A model generated the notes under the pieces. The model saw nothing but the letters and a program-made list of their open reading frames with translations. It did no database searches and was not told the DNA's origin. Positions 57,321 to 64,000 of a DNA stretch of 64,000 bases are shown here, piece after piece. Both the position numbers and the translations under genes were made by a program. The DNA is taken from contig CM022665.1 in NCBI GenBank assembly GCA_012295275.1, forward strand, positions 20,708,001 through 20,772,000, read 5' to 3'. The DNA is from Chrysomallon squamiferum. Its lineage: Eukaryota > Animalia > Mollusca. Within the stretch, counting starts at the first letter, position 1, and each line of letters begins with the position of its first letter.

Positions 57321-59289
57321 TATTTATTAATTTAATTTTATTTTTTTTTTTTTTATTGATTTATTTTATTTTTTTTTTTATTCTGTAAGGACTCTTCTTC
57401 AGATATTTTCAAAATAATCTTAGCCTCACAAAAAATCAGTTATTTTATTTTAACTGAAGTAATGTTTTGTTTTTGAATATTTTAGAATCTTTAAAAAATA
57501 ATTAAAAAAAAAAAAATTAAAAATGAAATAGCTGAAAACTAAAAAGTAAAAAGTAAAAGAAAAATTAGAAAAATTAAAATTAAATATAAATAAAAACTGA
57601 AAATTAAAAAACAAATACTAAAAGTACCACAAAAAAAAAAAAATAAAAATAAAAATAAAAATAAATAAATAACAAAATACAAAATATAACATAAAAGATT
57701 AAAAAAAAAAAAAAAAAAAAACTCAACCCAGTTTTTTTCAAAGTGTACAGGAGTTGAAGTAGAGATGTCTAATACGCTGTTGTATTCTACAGGTGGAATC
57801 AGATGACGTTATATCTCATTTACCTGCCAGGATTAAAATTACTTGACAAAACCTGTAACTGATAACCAAACAAATCCATTTGTGAAAAAAAAAATGCACT
57901 ATTACTTGCAATTGGAATTGTATAATTTTGAAATAAAAAAAAAAAAAAAAACACAACAGAAAATCAGAAGAAAAAAAAGAATTTTTAATTTTTTTTTATT
58001 TTGTGTACATGAAACTTGATAAATACAATCAGCTGTCTTTAAATATCACTTACATAAAATGACAAATTTTTTCTTCTTTTTTATTATATTTATTTTTTTA
58101 AATATATTTTTACATGTAGATTTTTTTATTCTTATTATGAATGAGTTATATTGGTTTGTAAGTGGAGTTTTTAGAGTAAGGTTATTGTCAGAAATAAGAA
58201 AAAAAAAAAAAAAAAGATGAAACATTTCAACATGTTTGGAGGATTATTACTGATTTTGTAAACTACATTTGTTTTTAATACTAGACTGCTTTATTGTTCT
58301 GATATTTTAGGTATTAAAAAAACTAATAATAACAATAATAATTTAAAAAACTATAATAACAGTAATAATATAATAATAATAATAATAATAGGTGAGTTTT
58401 TTTTTTATGGGATTATTATTTTATAGAAATAATTGAATATGTAACTTTTTTTGTTGGAATGGATTTTTATAATATTGTTTATATTTATTTTATTATTAAT
58501 TCGTGTTTTGGTTGTATTTTTTTTTCTCTTTTTTTTTTTCATTTTTGTTGTGATTTGGACTTTGACATAGATACATCAGTCTTTTTGTCTGTCCATCCAT
58601 CCATGAAAACTGTTAAAATTATCTGAGTAGATAAAGTTGGTTAATAAATCAGTGACAGATTTCATACAATTTTAACAGTTTCTGACATAATCTTGTTATA
58701 TTTTTCTTTAGTCATAAAACACCATATTAGTGGATAAAAAAAATTGTTTACGTTTAAAGAAAATTACATTTTTATCTGTTTTGTAGATTCTGCATTCCAT
58801 AATATAAATATTTCTTGTCAGAAAAATAAGATTATATTTCTTTTTTTAAAAACATAACTGCGATTTGTCCATAATGTACATAATAGTTGTGGTTTATTTA
58901 ATTTCTTGTTTCTACAAACTGCAGTCATAGATTTATTTTCTGATTTTTATTGTTAATCAATATACCTGTCTGAGTTATCTCTTTCACTCTCATTTTCTCT
59001 GTTTCTCACTCTGTCATTCGCTCTGTACTTCCTTTTCTCTCCCCCTATATCTTTCACACTCTAACTCTCACATTCTCTCTTTCTTTGTTACTGTCATGCT
59101 CTTTCTTTTTCACCTTCTTTTTTCTGGTCTCCCATTTTCTTTCTCTCTCTCCCTCTCTCATTCCTTCTTTCTGTCTGTCTTTGTCTTTTTTCCATTTACT
59201 GTCTTTCCCTCTTTCTTGCTCTCCCACTTAATCTCTTTCTGTTTCTCTTTCTCATTTTTGTTTTCACTCCTTCTCTCTTTTTCATTCTG

Positions 59290-59353
<64 letters not shown>

Positions 59354-60777
59354 GTCACACACACACACACACACACACACAAATATCTAATTTTGTTTTT
59401 TGATTTTTTTTTAAACTGGCTTGCCAATAATTGTTTTGCCAAATAGGAAAAGCTCAGGGTATTTTAATTTTTTTTTTTTTTTTTTTTGAATTTATTTATG
59501 ATGTTTGCATGGTGTCAGTTTTGTGTGGTGTAATTAATAGAGCAGTTCTGTTTCTTTTTATCACTTTGTGACTTTCTATTTTCGTAACCTGGTAAGTTTG
59601 TTACTTGTCAGGCTGTTTTCTTTCAAAAGATGGATAACGCTGAAGATGTATTTATTAGTGAAAATCAGATATGTTTTGCAGTGTTTGTAAAAAGAGAATA
59701 TTGTTGCTGATGATGCTGCTGCTGTTGATGATGATGTTAGAAGTTGTAAATAATAATTGTAAATGGTTTACAAAATAATTTTACAGATAAAAATGTAACA
59801 GCTGTTAAAATGAAAAAATATGTAACTTTTTGTTGTTAGTGGTTATCATTGTATAATTCATATACAACTACTACTACTAATAATAATACCATTAATACTG
59901 ATATTGCTATTACTACTGCAAGCACTTCTATTATTATTACTACTTCTACTGTTACTGCAACTACTACTACTACTACTATAATATTCTTTTGCTACTACAA
60001 GTACTGTTACTAATAATGCTGCTAATATTACAACTGTTGCTACTACAACTAATAATAATAATAACATGGGACAATTGTAATAACAACATTAAAAACAATA
60101 ATGAAAACATTAAAAACAATAAGAGAAAATCAGCTGTGGCCATTCCATTCATTCCATTGGCTGCTTTTAATTAACACCAACAAATCTTTCATATGAAACT
60201 TCACAAAGATGTAGATTTACTCATATTGACTGTGAAGTTTGATAGACCAAGAGTGCTTAGTTGGAATGTGAATTTTTTTTTTTTTAAATGGAGCATTGAT
60301 TCTGTGATGTAATTTTGTATTTTCTGTCTGTCTGAGTTACCACCCACTGGTTAACACACAGAGTTTGTTGATTCTGTAAGAACATTTATTTTTAAAATGA
60401 CAGTCTATACAGACCAGATTTCATTCTCCATCATCTGGTTGAAGTTAAATATATCTGTTTTGTCATTCAGTAACATCCTATCTCTGTAAATCAACATTTG
60501 TGTAAAGACGGAGCATTTCAAATAGAAATATACAAATCTGAAAGACTGTTTAAAAAAAATAATAATAATAATAAAAAATAACAGCACACTCCCCCCAAAA
60601 AAAAATATAACAAATAATAAAAAAGCATCTTTACTAATACAGATATACATGTATATACACATTTTTTTTTTTACATTTGTTTACACGTAGTAGTAATAGT
60701 TGGTATAAAAGGGTAGATTTTACTGTAACAGGAACAGTGTTTATTTTGTATTTTTTTTTTTTTTTTTTTAATGTAGT

Positions 60778-60810
<33 letters not shown>

Positions 60811-61154
60811 GATATAAATTATATATTATTTTTTTATTGTTACATTATTTTTTTAAATTATTATTATTTTTCTTGTTTGTTTATTTATTTATTTATTTAT
60901 TTATGTGTTTATTATTATTATTTATTTTTTTATTTTATTTATTTTTTTAAATAATTTGTTCCCATGTGTTATGAGAAAGATGTAAGATTATTTATCTGAG
61001 TGTTGAAATCCAGATCTCATTCCACAGTTTTATCTCACATCACAGCTGAATCTCCTGATAATACTTTCTGACTGAGAACTCCACAAAGAAAAGAAAAATT
61101 GGAGAGAAAGTGGGATGAGGGAGGGATAGGGTAGAGATAGGGTGTTAATAAGAG

Positions 61155-61230
<76 letters not shown>

Positions 61231-61233
<3 letters not shown>

Positions 61234-63740
61234 CCACAAATTAATAAACAGAAGAAAAAGTATGTGAAGTTTTTAGAGATGAAATCTTATCTCAACACTT
61301 GTGTTAAATAGACAAAATGAAACATGTATGAACAATCTGTTTCAGTGCTAATCCTGGGAATATGAAGGTTCACATACTTATTAAGTTTGTGGATTAAATC
61401 ATCACCATTTATTCATTTGTTTTCACAGTAAACATATTTACTTAAAAATTATATTACAAATCAGTGAAATGAATACTGCACCTATCAAAAAATAGATTAA
61501 TCATAAAAATTTACAAAATCAGAAACCAATAAGGAAAGAGATGGATAATTAAAAAAATAAAATAAAATAAATTAAATAAATAAAATAATTAAGAAAATGT
61601 TTTCAGTTTGTTTCTAATAAAAACTTGAATAAAAGTAAATTTTTAGGTATTATTTGTTAACATAGTAAATTAAAATATCTATTACTGATATTTTGTCAGT
61701 CTGTCTATCTATCTGAATTCTGAAGCAATTATTCATTTTTAGATGGTTGAGCGTTTAGACTGAAACTGTTATATAAAAATAATAATAATAATAATAAAAG
61801 AATAATAATATTAAATATATCTATTTTTTTATTTTTTACTATTATTTTTTTTCCCGTATAAAATGTATTCACTAAGCAGAAATATACAACTGAGGAATGA
61901 AGTTAAAGATAAAAAAAATAATAAAAACTAAAAAAAATTATTCTTTATTTCTTTCTGTTTTCTTTCTGATAAAGTCAGAATATCACTGTGAGATAAAATT
62001 AAAAAAACAAAATTTTTAGTGTCACGATACGAAAATCAACATTTCATGTGTTGATATATTTCTGTCAGGTTAAATCAAGTTTTATGTTTTCCATATATCT
62101 TTAATTACTTTTATATTTATTTGTTGCGATAATGAATGTATTTTTAAAACAAATTAAAACAACAAAAAAAGGGAGAAAGAAAGAAAAAGTTCCAGTACAA
62201 AATATGCAAAGAAACATTTTTAATTTTATTTATTTATGTTTTTTTTGTTTGTTTGTTTGTTTGATTGTTTGTTTGTTCTGTTTTGTTTTGTTGGTTTGTT
62301 TTTGTTTAATAATAGATATATTTATGACCCTGTGTATCTCTTTTTACATAAATTAATTTTAAATTTTTTTTTTTTTTTTTTTTTATTATTTAAATTATTA
62401 TTTTTTTTTTTTTTTTTTTTTTTTTTTGACAATTTCTAAAGGCAACTATTTATTTTAATTAAAAGAAATAATTCTAAATAGAAATATATTAACATTTCTT
62501 AAATTTCAAAATACCTGACATTCAGTTTTTTTTAATTTTTTTTTTAAAGTTATATTTGGTACTGTACAAAATAAATTTTCTTTATCAAAAAAGAAAAGAA
62601 AAGGAAAGAAAGAAAAATAATTGAAAAAGGAATGTTGAAAAAAACAATATATAAATTTTCTTAATTTCAGAATTGGTGTTTGGTTATAGAAATCTGTTTA
62701 TTTTTTGTTGGATGTTTTTTTTTTTTTTTTATTTTTTTTTTTTTGAGAATGTAAATGGTGTAGATATTTCTGAAAATGATTTGCTTATGAAATGGATAGT
62801 TTCTTCCTCTTTTGTCTTTCTTTCTTTTTCATTTAAAAAAAAAAAAAAAAATGTTTTACATTAATGAGACCAAACAGCTGTTAAGTTTCTCACCTGACAG
62901 GTTAATGAGAGGTCAGTACAGGTATTCTGTGTTTACCTGCAGACATCTGAACAGAAAACAATAAACTGTAGTTAATGAGTGCTGTGTTGATTATTTTCCT
63001 TTCACTGCTGTTTTTATTTTTTCATATTTTTTTTTTATTTTTTTTTATTTTTGTGTGTGTGTTCTCGTTATATATCTAATAAATAGTTGTACCAACATCA
63101 GGATAATTATTATTATTAAGTAGTAGTAGTAGTAGTAACAGTTGTAGAAGTTGTAGTGGATGTAGTAATTGTAGTAGTAGCTGTTGTGGTAATAGCTGTT
63201 GTCGTTGTAGTAGTATTACCATTATTATTGTAGATGTTATATACTTTCAGTGGAATAAAGGTTTTAAAAAAGTTCAGTACTAGTATTTTAAACCCACACA
63301 ATAATATATGAAATTATTTTTAGTACAGAATACTTCTGTGTTTGTTTTTGTTTTTTAAATTTTTGTTTATTTTGTATTAGAAATAACTGAAAATGGTTTC
63401 ATTTTCTTTATTCACTTGTTTCCTTATTTTCTAATTTTGTGAATTTTTATTATTAATCTTACTTCGATTATGTTTTTTTCATGTCATATTCATTTTACTT
63501 ACCTGTAGTAAATATGTTTTCTGTGAAAACAAATAAATAAATGATGATGATTTAATCCACAAACTTAACAAGTACGCAAACCTTCATATTCCCAGGATTA
63601 GCACTGAAACACAGATTATTCATACGCGTTTCATTTTGTCTATTTTACACAAGTGTTGAGATCAGATTTCATCTCTAAAAACTTCTTCTAAGTAGAAGGG
63701 GATTTTTTTTTGCTTTTCCCTGTTCATTAACTTTTGGAAT
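61231..63740. repeat. Inverted repeat pair in DDX18 intron 10 (arms 61231-61442 and 63507-63740)
   Basis: 61266-61442 is the reverse complement of 63507-63685 with few mismatches, e.g. GTTTCAGTGCTAATCCTGGGAATATGAAGGTT versus AACCTTCATATTCCCAGGATTAGCACTGAAAC. Confidence 0.93.
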
Positions 63741-64000
63741 GCTGTAGATGGGAAAGTGTTGAGTATAGAAAGTGATTATATAAACTTAGCCACTCAAACT
63801 GTTACACTGATAACTCTTGTCAGACAGATCATAGTAAACTATATGTTTACCTTTAACGAATTTACCTGTACCTGAAGGTAAAATCCAAACAAGGCAGTTT
63901 TGTCTAGCTTTGATATCTCTAAGATATTGTGAGATCTGTTAGATAACATGAGATCTTTGAGATTATGTCCTACATGTCAGATAACATACTTTGTGTTAGA

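Noticed and set aside
58606-58681. Hairpin AAACTGTTAAAATT...AATTTTAACAGTTT in DDX18 intron 10 as a snoRNA or miRNA
   Set aside because: Only a 14-bp AT-rich stem, no clear C/D or H/ACA boxes, and no match to a mature miRNA I recognise.

Overview
AT-rich, microsatellite-dense animal genomic DNA. An invertebrate, probably a mollusc or cephalopod, is my impression from composition only. I reconstructed two intron-containing genes by hand, with GT-AG sites and consistent phases. They lie head-to-head around a 247-bp bidirectional promoter. On the minus strand is a complete 6-exon gene (43722-47024, 322 aa) for an uncharacterised, TPR-less STI1/DP-domain protein. On the plus strand are the first 10 coding exons (47272-56783, 524 codons) of the nucleolar DEAD-box helicase DDX18/Has1/pitchoune, whose motif-VI exon lies beyond the window. 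The first ~43 kb has no credible coding exon. It holds minisatellites, a folded-back Tc1/mariner relic and a series of complex non-coding islands that look like enhancers. The most unusual signals are: (1) degenerate tandem repeats copied from at least five DDX18 exon-intron junctions, creating decoy splice sites; (2) a ~180-230 bp inverted repeat pair in DDX18 intron 10; (3) a CpG-retaining to CpG-depleted switch near 8.2 kb; (4) a Q-to-P change right after the DDX18 SAT motif. The long ORFs at 28-31.5 kb are minisatellite artefacts.
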